Source: Synechococcus sp.
GTDB taxonomy: Bacteria > Cyanobacteriota > Cyanobacteriia > PCC-6307 > Cyanobiaceae
Length of the DNA stretch: 64,000 bases
Direction: 5' to 3'
Assembly (NCBI GenBank): GCA_047285805.1
Contig: JBJBCN010000002.1
Location: forward strand, 96,001 to 160,000
The notes under the pieces were generated by a model. It worked only from the letters and a program-made list of their open reading frames with translations, was not told the DNA's origin and searched no databases. Position 1 is the first letter of the stretch, and every line of letters begins with the position of its first letter. Shown piece after piece: positions 43,407-53,956 of the stretch. The position numbers and the translations under genes were made by a program.

Positions 43407-44876
43407 ATGGTGATTGTGAGATCGCCAGCTTTGATGGTCTGGATTGGCGCCCTCCTGGCTGGGCTGCTCGCCGGCGCGGCCCTACCTCCTTTGGGCTCGC
43501 CTCCCCTGCTGTGGCTCGCGCTGGTACCGCTCTGGGCCTTAGGGCCAGGGCCGGCGGCCCTTTGGGCTGGGGCGGTGGTCTTGCTCAGCCATCGCTGGTT
43601 GCTCTGGTTGCACCCCCTCGATTGGATCGGGGTGCCGCTTCCCTTGAGCCTGCCGCTCTGTCTCGTGCTCTGGTTGGCACTGGGGCTGCTGGGTGCGGCA
43701 TTGGTCTCCCTCTGGCGCGGGCTTGTCGGGCGCCTGGGGGCCAGCCGTTGGTCCGTGGCGCTATTGGCCTCTGCGCTCTGGGGCCTGGGCGAGGTCTGGA
43801 TGGCGAAGGGGCCGTTGTTTTGGCTGGGGTTGGGTTCAGCGGCCCTGCCCGGTGATCGCGCCCTGGCGGGACTGGCTCAGTGGGTCGGTGCTGGCGGGCT
43901 GGCGGCCCTGCAATTGTTGCTTGCTTGGGGGCTGTGGCGCCTGCTGGTCGCTTGGTGGGAGGGGCGACGGGGCCTCTGGCGCGGCGGCCTGGCTTGGATG
44001 TTGGTGGTGGCATTGCTGCATGGCCTGGGCTGGCAGCAGCTGCAGCGCAGCGCCCTGCCTGATCCGGCGGCTCCGTGGCTACCGGTGCTGGTGCTTCAGC
44101 CCGATATCCCCACCCGGGAGAAGTTCAGTTGGACCCAGCAGCGGGCCTTGGAGCGGCGATTGCGACAGGCCCTGGCGGAGGCGGAGGTCCAGGGCGCGGA
44201 CCTGTTGGTGCTGCCTGAGGGGGCTTTGGCTCCGGGGCAGGGGCTTCCTTCCCCAGGGGATGTGGAGGTGCTCAGCGGTGGCTTCCGCCAGGAGGAGCTT
44301 GAGCTGCGCAGCAGTGTTCTGCGCTTTTCTCCAGGGGCGCTGGAGGCGGAGGGGGCGATTGACAAACACCGGCTGGTGCCCCTGGGGGAATGGGTCCCCG
44401 GTGGGTCCCTCTTGCGTTGGGCGGGATTGTCCGCGGTCGGCGGTGTGGAGCCGGGGCCGGCCTCGCGGTTGCTGCGGCGCCCGTCGGGTGATCTGGCCGT
44501 CGCCATTTGCTACGAGATCGCTGATGGGGCGGGCCTGATCGCTGCGTCTCAGGCCGGGGCTGGCTGGATCCTGGCCAGCGCCAACCTGGACCCTTATCCG
44601 CGGCTGTTGCAGCAACAGTTCCAGGCCCTCTCCCAGCTGCGGGCAATCGAGGCCAGTCGCTGGTTGGTGAGTGCGGCCAATAGTGGGCCGAGCCTGGTGG
44701 TGCGGCCCGATGGGGCGTTGGGGTCGTCCCTGCCCCCGATGCAGCACGGGACGCTGCTTGTGCGCCTGCAACTCCGGTCGGGCGGGACCTTGTATGGCCA
44801 CCTCGCGGAATGGCCGCTGCTGCTGGCCGCCGCCGGAGGCTTCGCCGCAAGCCGGTCTCGCGTGAGACAGCCTTGA
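43407..44876 (+). CDS. lnt: apolipoprotein N-acyltransferase
   Basis: TM N-terminus; LPEGA, KHRLVPLGEWVP and ICYE catalytic motifs. Confidence 0.9.
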   Translation: MVIVRSPALMVWIGALLAGLLAGAALPPLGSPPLLWLALVPLWALGPGPAALWAGAVVLLSHRWLLWLHPLDWIGVPLPLSLPLCLVLWLALGLLGAALVSLWRGLVGRLGASRWSVALLASALWGLGEVWMAKGPLFWLGLGSAALPGDRALAGLAQWVGAGGLAALQLLLAWGLWRLLVAWWEGRRGLWRGGLAWMLVVALLHGLGWQQLQRSALPDPAAPWLPVLVLQPDIPTREKFSWTQQRALERRLRQALAEAEVQGADLLVLPEGALAPGQGLPSPGDVEVLSGGFRQEELELRSSVLRFSPGALEAEGAIDKHRLVPLGEWVPGGSLLRWAGLSAVGGVEPGPASRLLRRPSGDLAVAICYEIADGAGLIAASQAGAGWILASANLDPYPRLLQQQFQALSQLRAIEASRWLVSAANSGPSLVVRPDGALGSSLPPMQHGTLLVRLQLRSGGTLYGHLAEWPLLLAAAGGFAASRSRVRQP

Positions 44877-44888
44877 GACTTGCTTAAG

Positions 44889-45423
44889 ATGCCTTTGTTT
44901 TCCATCCGCTCTAGTTTTCTGGGTCTGGGCTTGGTGGCCGCCGCTGCGCTGCTTCCTGCGCCTGGACGGGGAGTGGATCGGGGGGGATGTGGTCCTGGAG
45001 GCCGCCAAGGGCTTGGGGGTTGTGGTGATTCAGCAGGCCCAGTGCGGCGGACCGCGGCAGCTCGCTACCTACAACATGGGCGCCAATGTCCTCTGTCTCT
45101 CGACTGAGCTCGAGCGTGACCCGCTTCTGCGGGTCACGCTGATCCAGCATGAGTTGGTGCATGTGGTGCAGGACTGCCTGGATGGCTTGGCGACGCCCAC
45201 ATCCCTGACCTTGGCGGAGGGTCTGCGCTCCAGCGGTCAGCTCAGCGGTGAGCAGGTGAATAGATTCTTCCTGCAGCACCTGCGCAAGCAGGGCAACTTG
45301 AATCACGTTGTGGCTTCAACGGTGCAGTTGCCCCTGGAGAGCCGTCAGCGTGAATTTGAGGCCTATGCCCTGCAGGCGGATCCGGCCATGGTGGCTTACC
45401 TGCTGAAGGTCACCTGTAAGTAA
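44889..45423 (+). pseudogene. secreted HExxH (zincin-like) protein split by a frameshift in a G7 tract
   Basis: Signal peptide MPLFSIRSSFLGLGLVAAAALLP joins DVVLEAAK...HELVH...EFEAY in frame only if G7 (44980-44986) were G6. Confidence 0.65.
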
Positions 45424-45520
45424 GAAAGGCTTCGCCAAGCGAAGGGCTTCTCTCGGGTGGTTGTGCTGCTCTCTCTGTAGGTATTCAGCCGCAGGTTGTT
45501 CTACCTAAATCGCCAAAAGT

Positions 45521-45760
45521 GTGGCATTTATACCTGGAAGAAAAAGGGGCTCCAGGGCTAGGAACAATGGAGTTACCGCTTTTGCTGTGACCGCTTATCC
45601 CTGTTGCGCTGCTTGTAAGAACTTCATCATCGCTGGCGGCATGGGGGCCTGCCGCTGCTGGCGGATGACGATGAGTTTGAAGGATGCTGAGGCGCAGGTC
45701 CGTTGTCCCTATTGGCTGCGTTCTGAAGCGGTGGAGGATCCCTACGAGACCTTCAATTGA
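45521..45760 (+). CDS. small Cys-rich hypothetical protein
   Basis: CCAAC..CRC..C pattern, 79 aa. Confidence 0.4.
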   Translation: MAFIPGRKRGSRARNNGVTAFAVTAYPCCAACKNFIIAGGMGACRCWRMTMSLKDAEAQVRCPYWLRSEAVEDPYETFN

Positions 45761-46036
45761 GTTCTGCGTCACAGGTGGAGGTCGCCTGCTTGCTCTTGAT
45801 TGGGCACCTTAAGGCTCAGGATAGATGCGCACTTGTCGCAAGCACGATGCCTGACCTCGTGTCTCTGATGGCGATTCTTCTCTATTTGACTGCCAAGGGG
45901 TGAATGCCTTCTGGCTGGGCGATGCCGCATCGGCGCGCCGTCTTGGGAAGGGCTGAAACCTGCAGAGATTCCGCTCGAAAAGACGCGCAACTACCCGATC
46001 TGCGTCCACTGTGACCAGGGGTGAGAGTGGTGGCTT

Positions 46037-46533
46037 TTGCTGGTCTCTGGCGCTAGTCGTTGGCTGGCCCAAGCAGCACATTTGCTGGGGTTTGCTCTCA
46101 TGGCCTCTCCCGCGAGTGCGGAGCGCCTCAGGTCCAGTGCACTGCTTCAGGGGCTGCTGCGCCGGACGGGAACCGGGACCTTGGTGGCGCAGGATTGCCT
46201 CATCAATGGATGGATGCGTTTGTCCTCGCCCGCAATGCTGTGGTCCTATGTGGGAACAAACTAAAGGGTGATCCGCAGCGGGTTTGGGGAACCTTGGCTC
46301 ACGATTCTGCCCACGTGATGCAGCACTGCCGGCGTCAGTCGATCTTTGAGAGGAATCGCTTGGGCTTGGATTTTTTGCTCGCCCATCAATGCTCACTGAA
46401 GCTGTTCAAGGCGGTTGGCTCATACCACCCCAGTCAGCACCGCTCTGAGATCGAGGCGCGCATCGTCCAGGGGGTGCCCGCCGAGTAGGTGATGAATCTC
46501 TTCCGCCGCTCCTGCGTGGATCGCCTGCTCTAA
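46037..46533 (+). pseudogene. degraded paralogue of the secreted HExxH protein
   Basis: Signal peptide; frameshift near 46199; HDSAH in place of HExxH; EIEAR; premature TAG at 46486-46488. Confidence 0.6.
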
Positions 46534-48209
46534 GACGAGCAGCTGTAGTGGGAGAGCCCGCCGGTGTTGAAGAACTCGCGGGGCTTGAGTTGGTTGTAGG
46601 TGGCGGCGAGCTTGGCGGGCGGGAGGAGGTAGGGATCGCGGAAGACCGCCTGCAGTTCTTGGATTAAGCTCAGGTCGCAGTCGGCAGCCCGTTCGTAGGC
46701 CGGTGCCACGAGCCATTCGCGCCAGGTGATCTGCGGATTGGCTCGCCGCATCGTCGCTTTGGCATCGGAGCTTGTTTGCATGTGCCAGCGCTCTAGCCAA
46801 TCCGCCCAGCGTTGCTCAAGCTCGGCGTCGATGGGCAGGTAGAAGGCGGCCTTGAGGGCCCCGACCTGCTCGGGGAGGTCCGAGAGCACGCGGAAGCCCG
46901 CGGTGTAATCAGCCCTGGAGCTGGCCAGCAATTGCAGCAGGTCCTTGAGCAGGCCGTCGTCGTACCGGGGTAGTCCGAGCTTGCGGCACCACATCGCCTC
47001 CAGAGCCGTACCCATCGCCTGGCTGAAGCCCTCGCGCAGGGCATCGAGTTGGGCCAGGGCCTCCGCATCTCCCTCGAGCAGTGGCCGAAGGGCGGACCAG
47101 AACATCTGGTAGTTGGCTTCCGCCGCCCCTGGTTGGTTGAAGAAGCAGAAGTGCTCGCCGCCGCCGGTCCAAGGCTGGAAGCGTGGATCGAAGAGTTCGC
47201 AGAAACCGAAGGGGCCGTAGTCGAGGGTGTAGCCGCCTGCGGCGCAGTTGTCGCTGTTGAAGTTCCCCTGGCAGTAGCCGACGCGGATCCAGTCCGCCAC
47301 CAGCGTCGTTAGGCGCTCTCTGAACAGCCGGGCCAGCTCGAGGACTTGCTGCGGGAAGGGCAGAGCTGCGTTGATCTCCGTGCGGTAATTCCGCTCGATC
47401 AGGTGAGCGGTGATCTGCTGCAGTTCCCGCAGGGCCCTGGGGTGGGCGTTGCTTCGCGCCCGGCGGGCAAACAGTTCTAGTTGGCCCACCCGAAGGAAAG
47501 ACGGCGCGACCCGGGTCGTTATCGCCGCTGGGTTGTTGACCATGACGTCCGGCTCAAAGGAGCAGGACTGATGCGAGTACCAGGGCCGCCGCACGCCTTC
47601 AGAGCGGGACATGTAAAGGCTGAGGGAGCGGGTGGTGGGCACCCCCAGGGCGTGCATGAACTCCTGGGCGAGGAACTCGCGCACGCTCGAGCGCAGTACA
47701 GCCCGCCCGTCGGCGCCTCGGCAGTAGGGGGTCGGGCCGCCCCCCTTGAGTTGCATCTCCCAGCGCTGGCCTTCAAAGACACCTTCGAAGATCGAGATCG
47801 CCCGGCCGTCGCCGTAGCCATTGCCGGTGCCGAAGGGACACTGCTGGATGTATTCGGTCCCGTAGATCGATAGGGCGTAGCCCGTCGCCCAGCCATAGGG
47901 GCGCATGGCGCCACGGGCCACGCGGCTGTCGCCGGAGAAGAGTCGGCGGAAGTCCTCGTCTCGGGCTAGCGCGTCGCTGAGGCCGAGTTCGGCAAAGAGG
48001 TCGGCGCTGTGGGCGACGTATTCCGGCTGTGGCAGTGGCGTCGGGGTGACGGGGACGTAGTGCCCGGAATAGACCTGACGTGGCCGGTGGTCATCACCAT
48101 CGCTGCTGGCCTCGGGATCCGCTTGGAGGGAATCCAGCAGGGAGTAGTCGACTTGACCGGCGAAGGCCTCAAAGCTCTCGATGGCCCGGGCGTTCTCGCT
48201 GCTGCTCAT
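46530..48209 (-). CDS. selO: protein adenylyltransferase SelO/YdiU
   Basis: [46 protein letters not shown]-terminal SCSS. Confidence 0.92.
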   Translation of the reverse strand: MSSSENARAIESFEAFAGQVDYSLLDSLQADPEASSDGDDHRPRQVYSGHYVPVTPTPLPQPEYVAHSADLFAELGLSDALARDEDFRRLFSGDSRVARGAMRPYGWATGYALSIYGTEYIQQCPFGTGNGYGDGRAISIFEGVFEGQRWEMQLKGGGPTPYCRGADGRAVLRSSVREFLAQEFMHALGVPTTRSLSLYMSRSEGVRRPWYSHQSCSFEPDVMVNNPAAITTRVAPSFLRVGQLELFARRARSNAHPRALRELQQITAHLIERNYRTEINAALPFPQQVLELARLFRERLTTLVADWIRVGYCQGNFNSDNCAAGGYTLDYGPFGFCELFDPRFQPWTGGGEHFCFFNQPGAAEANYQMFWSALRPLLEGDAEALAQLDALREGFSQAMGTALEAMWCRKLGLPRYDDGLLKDLLQLLASSRADYTAGFRVLSDLPEQVGALKAAFYLPIDAELEQRWADWLERWHMQTSSDAKATMRRANPQITWREWLVAPAYERAADCDLSLIQELQAVFRDPYLLPPAKLAATYNQLKPREFFNTGGLSHYSCSS

Positions 48210-48225
48210 GGGGAGGGGTGGGCAC

Positions 48226-48253
48226 AAAAAAGCCCAGGACAAACCTGGGCTTT
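48226..48253 (-). terminator. terminator downstream of the tRNA fragment
   Basis: Hairpin aaagcccagg-acaaa-cctgggcttt with an A-run on the + strand. Confidence 0.7.
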
Positions 48254-48260
48254 CGGTAAG

Positions 48261-48302
48261 TGGAGCCGAGGAGACTCGAACTCCTGACTCCATGCATGCC
48301 AT
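48261..48302 (-). tRNA. 3' half of tRNA-Ala(GGC); att-site duplication, not a complete tRNA
   Basis: Minus strand ATGGCATGCATGGAGTCAGGAGTTCGAGTCTCCTCGGCTCCA contains anticodon GGC, T-arm AGGAG-TTCGAGT-CTCCT and the acceptor 3' strand; 5' half absent. Confidence 0.82.
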
Positions 48303-49305
48303 TTAGGCGTTTCAGGAGGCAAAAATCCGTCCCTAGACTAGATTCTGACCAAATTATCACGAATTATTTGCGCAGAAGTGTGCGCAGATCTGTCCTGCCC
48401 TGATAACCGCTCTAGCGGCTGGTCTTGCACTGCTGAGGAAACCAGAGCCATAAACGCTTAGTAAGGGGCATGTGCCAGCGCCGTGATCCGAGGATGGGGG
48501 TGAATTCAGCACCCCCTCACCCAACACTCCCAGCTACTGAGCAGTGTGTCGGGGAGCTGTTGGGAGCTACTCCTCTTCTTCTTCCCAGCGTGAGCGTCGG
48601 TGAGCAGCGCACAGCTCACACCTGCACGGCAATACAAAGTCACCACCTATCCAGCAGCTGTAAGGGGGTTTGCGGCCACAAAAGGGCTAAATCCTCGTCG
48701 CTCGGACGGGTATTGAAACTCGTTTCCATTCCCAAATCGTGCACATAGATCGGCGATGGCGCCGTTAACCGCTATGGGCAGTGATATCAGAGGTATGTGC
48801 ACTGTCTGCTTGTGATTCGTGATGTCTTGCTTCAACATCACCGGCCGTCGCGAATGCGGCCACTCACAAAATACAAGATTCTCAGTATGAACTACGCGGC
48901 ATGATTGTCATCCCGTAAGCCGCCCTTAATCCGCTGATCCATACCCTCTTTCGCCAAACCTTGGTAGTCAATGACCAGCTCACTGCAGCAGCTTGGGAGG
49001 GCAAAGAGGTCTGGACAATCGCGCAACGAGAGTTGACGCTGCTCGATATCCGCGACGCTTACTTCAGAGCCTGGCGATGGCATTCGGACATAGGTCGCAG
49101 TGCTAAAGCGATGATCTCAAATCTCGATTTCCCAGCAAGCAACGTCTTCGTTTGCGAGTCAAGAAATGACCGGAGCACAACGCTTTCTCCCAGGCCCAGC
49201 AGGAGAATCCGGCAGAACTACGAATTCAAAAACAGATCGGTATTTCCCCTCTCTCACCATGAAGACGAGGCATCGTTATCTCAGGAAAACAAGTCCGTCT
49301 GCACC

Positions 49306-49521
49306 ATGGCTGTCTTGATCCAAAGCCGCGCCAGCACCGAAGAGTCTTGGCAAGACGAGGGCAGCAAGCGCAATCATTTCAAGGCCTACCTGACGGCACT
49401 GGCGAAATCACGTGTCACAGGCCGTGTCTATCGACTGGTCACGAGCGACGGAGACGTTCTCGAGCAGATCGGCGGAACAGCCTGCGGCGACAAAGTTCAT
49501 CGCAATGCTCAGGCGAACTAG
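49306..49521 (+). CDS. small hypothetical protein
   Basis: MAVLIQSR..WQDEGSKRNHFKAY..GRVYRLV; 3' part of a longer tracked ORF. Confidence 0.5.
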   Translation: MAVLIQSRASTEESWQDEGSKRNHFKAYLTALAKSRVTGRVYRLVTSDGDVLEQIGGTACGDKVHRNAQAN

Positions 49522-49669
49522 TTCGTAGAAGCCTTGGAGCTGCCAACTGCAAGCGCCGCCGCTTAAGAGCGCCAAGGCACCGAACGCAAAAAAACATTGA
49601 TTTGTATCGGTTGTCTCGTGCGGGTCTCTTGCCGGGACAGTAGGACTGGGGTTGGTTGCAAGAGTCTTG

Positions 49670-49900
49670 ATGGATCTCCGATTCGTCCCATCTGAACCAG
49701 CTCCAGGAAAAGGAACACTTCAACCACTGGGGCACAACGAATACCGCGTATGCGGTCCTGCTGGATGCACTGTCGTGAAGGGCTATGCCAACGCCCTGTA
49801 CTTGAGCCGAAACGTTCCGGAAGCCAACGCCAAAGGCGATGGAGGCGGACAATTCCCTCCCTATTGGGGAAGTCGTGACGGATTCCCTTTGCATTCCTAA
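49670..49900 (+). CDS. small hypothetical protein
   Basis: 76-aa ORF containing YRVCGPAGCTVV. Confidence 0.4.
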   Translation: MDLRFVPSEPAPGKGTLQPLGHNEYRVCGPAGCTVVKGYANALYLSRNVPEANAKGDGGGQFPPYWGSRDGFPLHS

Positions 49901-50457
49901 GCAGGGAATAGCCATAGCGTCTAAGCACACGGTTGAGGCGTGCCGCCCTTCTTAATCTGCGGTTTCCTTGGGGGAGTGTTCTTGACCTAACCCCCAGCGA
50001 CTGTTGTCCTGCTCGTGTGGCTGCTAAACCCTGAATAGACCTGATTAGATCAAGGGACAGGACCGCAAACCCCCGGGAGTCGAACACCAGGGCTTTTTCT
50101 TGCTCAAACCTGACTGTGAATCTCCCCCCTTTTGTGGTTGCACCAATGAGGAGAATCGGTTGGGTCGGGATGGTGCCAACACGGTCACCAGGGCACTCTC
50201 TATCGACCTCAGAGCCCACATAGGAGCGCTAGACCAGGTTGCTTAAGCTGGAAACCAGAGAAACTGGTCGTCATTCTTATCTTGGGACTGCGCGAGGGAG
50301 CCAAAGAATATCTTTAGATGAAGATGGCGATAAGTTTGATGTCCAACTTGTCTGGAAGTGAAAAGTTTTCAGTCGACTCCTGTTTTTTCATTAAGCTCTT
50401 TGCTGTTTGCCGATTAATCAGCAGATAGTCGTTCCACGTCGTAAGCGTAATGGTTGT

Positions 50458-50955
50458 ATGAGTAATCGCGATGCAGGATATGGGCATCCATTTCTTAGCC
50501 CTGAGAATCCATCGGCAAAAGATTCTGTCTTGGCGGTTCCTGATGAAAAGGAATCAAGTCTTACGCTGAAAGAGGCCGAAGGAGGTGAGCTTGTCACTGC
50601 ACCATCTTTGGAATCTGAGGAAAAAAATGAAAGTGACTTAGGCAAAACTCTGGATCAATTTCTGCACGGCATTAGGCTCCTGGAGAAGCTTAACCTTTCC
50701 GAGTTCAGACAGATTTATCCTGTATTTCTGACATTGATGTGGTCCGTGCTCATTGGAAGCGCTCTTGCAGTAGGAATCAGCTGCCTTAACTCTGTAAACA
50801 GCATTCCAATCGTGGGAAGTATATTAGAAAACATTTTTGAACTAACTGGCGGTGCTGTGATCGTTCGCTTTGTGGTGTCGAAGCTGCTCTTGCATCGCAC
50901 AAGAGCGGATCTCTTTGCGAGGATTGCAATGGTCAAGAAAGACTTGCTTAACTGA
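50458..50955 (+). CDS. CAAD/CURT1-like domain protein
   Basis: Acidic N-terminus, two TMs with NSIPIVGSILENIFELTG, then R..L amphipathic tail. Confidence 0.75.
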   Translation: MSNRDAGYGHPFLSPENPSAKDSVLAVPDEKESSLTLKEAEGGELVTAPSLESEEKNESDLGKTLDQFLHGIRLLEKLNLSEFRQIYPVFLTLMWSVLIGSALAVGISCLNSVNSIPIVGSILENIFELTGGAVIVRFVVSKLLLHRTRADLFARIAMVKKDLLN

Positions 50956-51486
50956 GGTGCTTCATGTGAGATTCTTTCAAGTTGCTTGAAAAAAATTGTC
51001 GCTACAGCTTTTATGTAACTAATACCTCAGTATTTACTTGTATCTATTGTCAAATGACGTTGAGAGCAAGCATGAAGTCTCTCTATACGTGCTGTGGCTC
51101 ATGCTCATAATGAGCACGGTTTCCTGAGGTTTCTGAAGTCAGCCCTTTGAATCCGGTTGGTCCAAAACGGCTAAGGTCTGCTTCTTGAGGGCTCTGTCTT
51201 GTCGGTGTCTCAGTCATGGAACGTGAGGGGGCCGGATCTGCATGCTGTGGGAATAGATACGAACGGGAACGAGGGCCCCCAGATTCATAACCTCTAAGGA
51301 GCTGGTTGAGTTGTCTCCCCCCCCCTGATCCGAGAAGGGGGAGTGCCAAGCTCCCCCACCCCAACGCTCCCCGCCGCGAGCTGCGGCCAGTAGAGCTGTC
51401 TGGCTAGAGGCAATTGCGAATCCATGCATTTGATGCGCATGGATTCGCTATATTTCTGTCAATATACGTAAGTTGGGAACTTCTTC

Positions 51487-51759
51487 ATGACCTTTTTGAT
51501 GCACTGGTCTTTCAAGACTGGCTATCACGAAATTGCCGCCAAGAAGTTCATGGCGACAGGTGCTCCTTTCCCGGCGTGCAAGTCCTGGAAACGCTTTCAC
51601 GCACCTGGCTCGGTAGAGGGTTGGATTCTTGTTGAGGCGGACGATGTCTCTGCTTGCTACGAGCATGCAGCTGAGTGGGCTGAGTGCCTGGATTGGGAGG
51701 TGACTCCAGTTCTGTCTGACGAAGAAGCTGGTCCGCTGATCGCCAAGGTCTACGCGTAG
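51487..51759 (+). CDS. DUF3303 family protein
   Basis: MTFLMHWSF..RFHAPGSVEGWILVEADD..WEVTPVLSDEEA; GC hairpin downstream. Confidence 0.85.
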   Translation: MTFLMHWSFKTGYHEIAAKKFMATGAPFPACKSWKRFHAPGSVEGWILVEADDVSACYEHAAEWAECLDWEVTPVLSDEEAGPLIAKVYA

Positions 51760-51861
51760 TCCTTACCGGGGCGCTGCCTGACGCAGTCGCCCCGGTCTCA
51801 ACACCCCACGCCATTTAGCAGTGGTCAGAGGGTCTGTTGACTGAGTTCGTATGAGCTGCCA

Positions 51862-52089
51862 TTAATCCAGAGGTTTAGACGTGAACTCCTCGATCAATGC
51901 GTCCATGGCTTCGTGCGCCCAGTCGCCAAACAACACCATCATGTCGCTTCTTTCTGAAGTTGGATGGACTGTTGCGCACTTAAATAGCTCTTCAGACGCT
52001 GAAGATCGTTCATCCCACGAATCTTGATGGTGGGACTTAGCGCTTGGATCGTCCAATCGGATGCGCCACCCTTGCGTCATAGGCAGCAC
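51862..52089 (-). CDS. small hypothetical protein
   Basis: 75-aa ORF convergent with DUF3303. Confidence 0.4.
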   Translation of the reverse strand: MLPMTQGWRIRLDDPSAKSHHQDSWDERSSASEELFKCATVHPTSERSDMMVLFGDWAHEAMDALIEEFTSKPLD

Positions 52090-52642
52090 CGACTACGTAC
52101 CTCCTCTGTAGACGGCTGCCGCAAGCGCCGATGCCAGAAACGTGACAGCGGAAACCTCTCGAGCTTCGACACTCCATCCCAATAGATTTGTTCAAGAGAG
52201 CTTCAACTTAAAAAGCAAAAGTGTGCAGGAACTTCTTAGCAAAAAAAGATCAACGAAATCGCACCGACAATGGCCAAGACCTTTCGAAGCCGCTTAAGAG
52301 CGATTTTGCAGCTCATGCGACAAAACATCCTGAATCAGCAGGGTGATCGCTACACCCATCAAAGCCAGAGAGATTCCCATCTTTGTGTCTGACGCCTTTG
52401 CTACTTCCTGCGAAAGATTTAGGTGCTTCCCCCATTCGAAATGCATCAAAGCGTTCCAGCTACTGACAAATTAGGCCATAAGAATCTGTTGTTGCGTCCA
52501 TAAGTGCAGAAGGCTTAAGGCTGTGTACCACAGCTTGTGTCTGCGGATCTTGATGCAGCCGCCCAGAAGGCAGCAGTTCATACCATTTGCAAAACAGATG
52601 GCATCGAGTCACGATAAGTTACAGGAGTGACAAGGGGATTCA

Positions 52643-52831
52643 GTGAAACAGCTATCGCTTTCAACGACTCAGCACTTTGAGATAGAGCGTTTTAGTCGCC
52701 AAATTGACAAAACTGAAGATATCGATAGCTTGCAAAAACTTGCCAAGAGTTTGCTCAGAGCCTGGATTCAGCAAAAAGCAGCAACCAACTGGGCCATATC
52801 AGAGTCAGCCAAAAACATAGGTAGTGAGTAA
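52643..52831 (+). CDS. nblA: NblA-like phycobilisome degradation adaptor
   Basis: LSLSTTQHFEIERFSRQID..LQKLAKSLLRAW..QKAA pattern typical of picocyanobacterial/cyanophage NblA. Confidence 0.7.
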   Translation: MKQLSLSTTQHFEIERFSRQIDKTEDIDSLQKLAKSLLRAWIQQKAATNWAISESAKNIGSE

Positions 52832-52884
52832 ATTCGCAAATTTTAAACTCAATCAGTCTTTCTTTCCATTTATAGCTCTCTGAG

Positions 52885-53736
52885 ATGAAGAAAAGCATTG
52901 CCATTATTGGATGCGGCTATGTTGGCGGAGATTCTGCAATTGCTCTTAGGTACTCCGGATACAGGGTTACTGGTACATCCCGATCAACCCAGGGACTGAT
53001 CGGAATTCGCGAGATTGTCGATGAGGCTTTATTGCTGGACATTTCCGATGAATACTTTCCTTCGTCTTTTCTGGAGCATCAGAATGCAGTCCTTGTCTCA
53101 GCAGCTCCAACTCGGCAAGGCGAAGGATATGAATCTCTATTCGAAAAGGGGATAAACAATCTTGCAAACGCGTTGCGTAGGCGTAGGAGCAGTCATCCCC
53201 TGCAACTTATATACATTAGTTCAGTGGGAGTCTATGGTGACTGCGGAGGTGAGATGGTGAATGAGACTTCAGACGTCGATTCTAGTCATTGGGTGAATAA
53301 ATTGATGGCAGCTTCAGAAAAGTCGCTTCTGACTTTAGATAGAAAAGATACAGTCACCTGCATTCTGCGGCTGGGCGGAATATACGGCCCAGGACGTGAC
53401 ATGATCTCATTGATTAAGTCAGCGGCTGGCAGTCAGATACCCAAGAAGGGAGATGATATTCAGTCATGGACTAGCATAATTGATGCGACAAGAGCGATCA
53501 AGTTTTCGCTCGACAACGACTTGCAGGGTATATACAATGTTGTTGATGATACGCGGCTTACTCGCCGTCAGCTGTCAAGCAAGATTTGCGAGGCAGAAGG
53601 GCTCCCGCCTGTTATCTGGGCAAACACGAACCTTCCGGGTATGAGAGTATCAAATGCCCTCGTCTCAAACCAAAAAATAAAAGACGCAGGCTTTAAGTTC
53701 TCTTCGCCAAAGATGTTTGTTGAAGTTGCCGCTTGA
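52885..53736 (+). CDS. NAD-dependent epimerase/atypical SDR
   Basis: IIGCGYVG, YISSVGVYG, LRLGGIYGPGR. Confidence 0.88.
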   Translation: MKKSIAIIGCGYVGGDSAIALRYSGYRVTGTSRSTQGLIGIREIVDEALLLDISDEYFPSSFLEHQNAVLVSAAPTRQGEGYESLFEKGINNLANALRRRRSSHPLQLIYISSVGVYGDCGGEMVNETSDVDSSHWVNKLMAASEKSLLTLDRKDTVTCILRLGGIYGPGRDMISLIKSAAGSQIPKKGDDIQSWTSIIDATRAIKFSLDNDLQGIYNVVDDTRLTRRQLSSKICEAEGLPPVIWANTNLPGMRVSNALVSNQKIKDAGFKFSSPKMFVEVAA

Positions 53737-53956
53737 ACTTGATGGCCCCTGTATTTAGCTATGCCAGTCTTTTGCCTCATGTTGCATTGCTGGCAAGGTT
53801 GCGGTGCTCGGAAATAAACTAAGCAACTTACCTATTTCCATTTATAAATGGCGATCTGTGTGAAGGACCGCTTCTTCTGTGAGCAGAGCATCTGCTGAAT
53901 AATCAACTTTCTGTCTCCTCAACAAAGCAAGACAGTAGTGTTTTGCTTCAGGCTGC

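Noticed and set aside
48261..48302. Functional tRNA-Ala gene
   Set aside because: The D-arm and 5' acceptor strand are missing; only the 3' half is present.
49563..50219. 218-aa minus-strand ORF
   Set aside because: No recognisable motifs, and it overlaps a more plausible small + strand ORF.
49558..52302. 14-bp repeat GCCGCTTAAGAGCG at 49558 and 52289
   Set aside because: Only two copies and no consistent gene context; could be chance or an unassignable operator.
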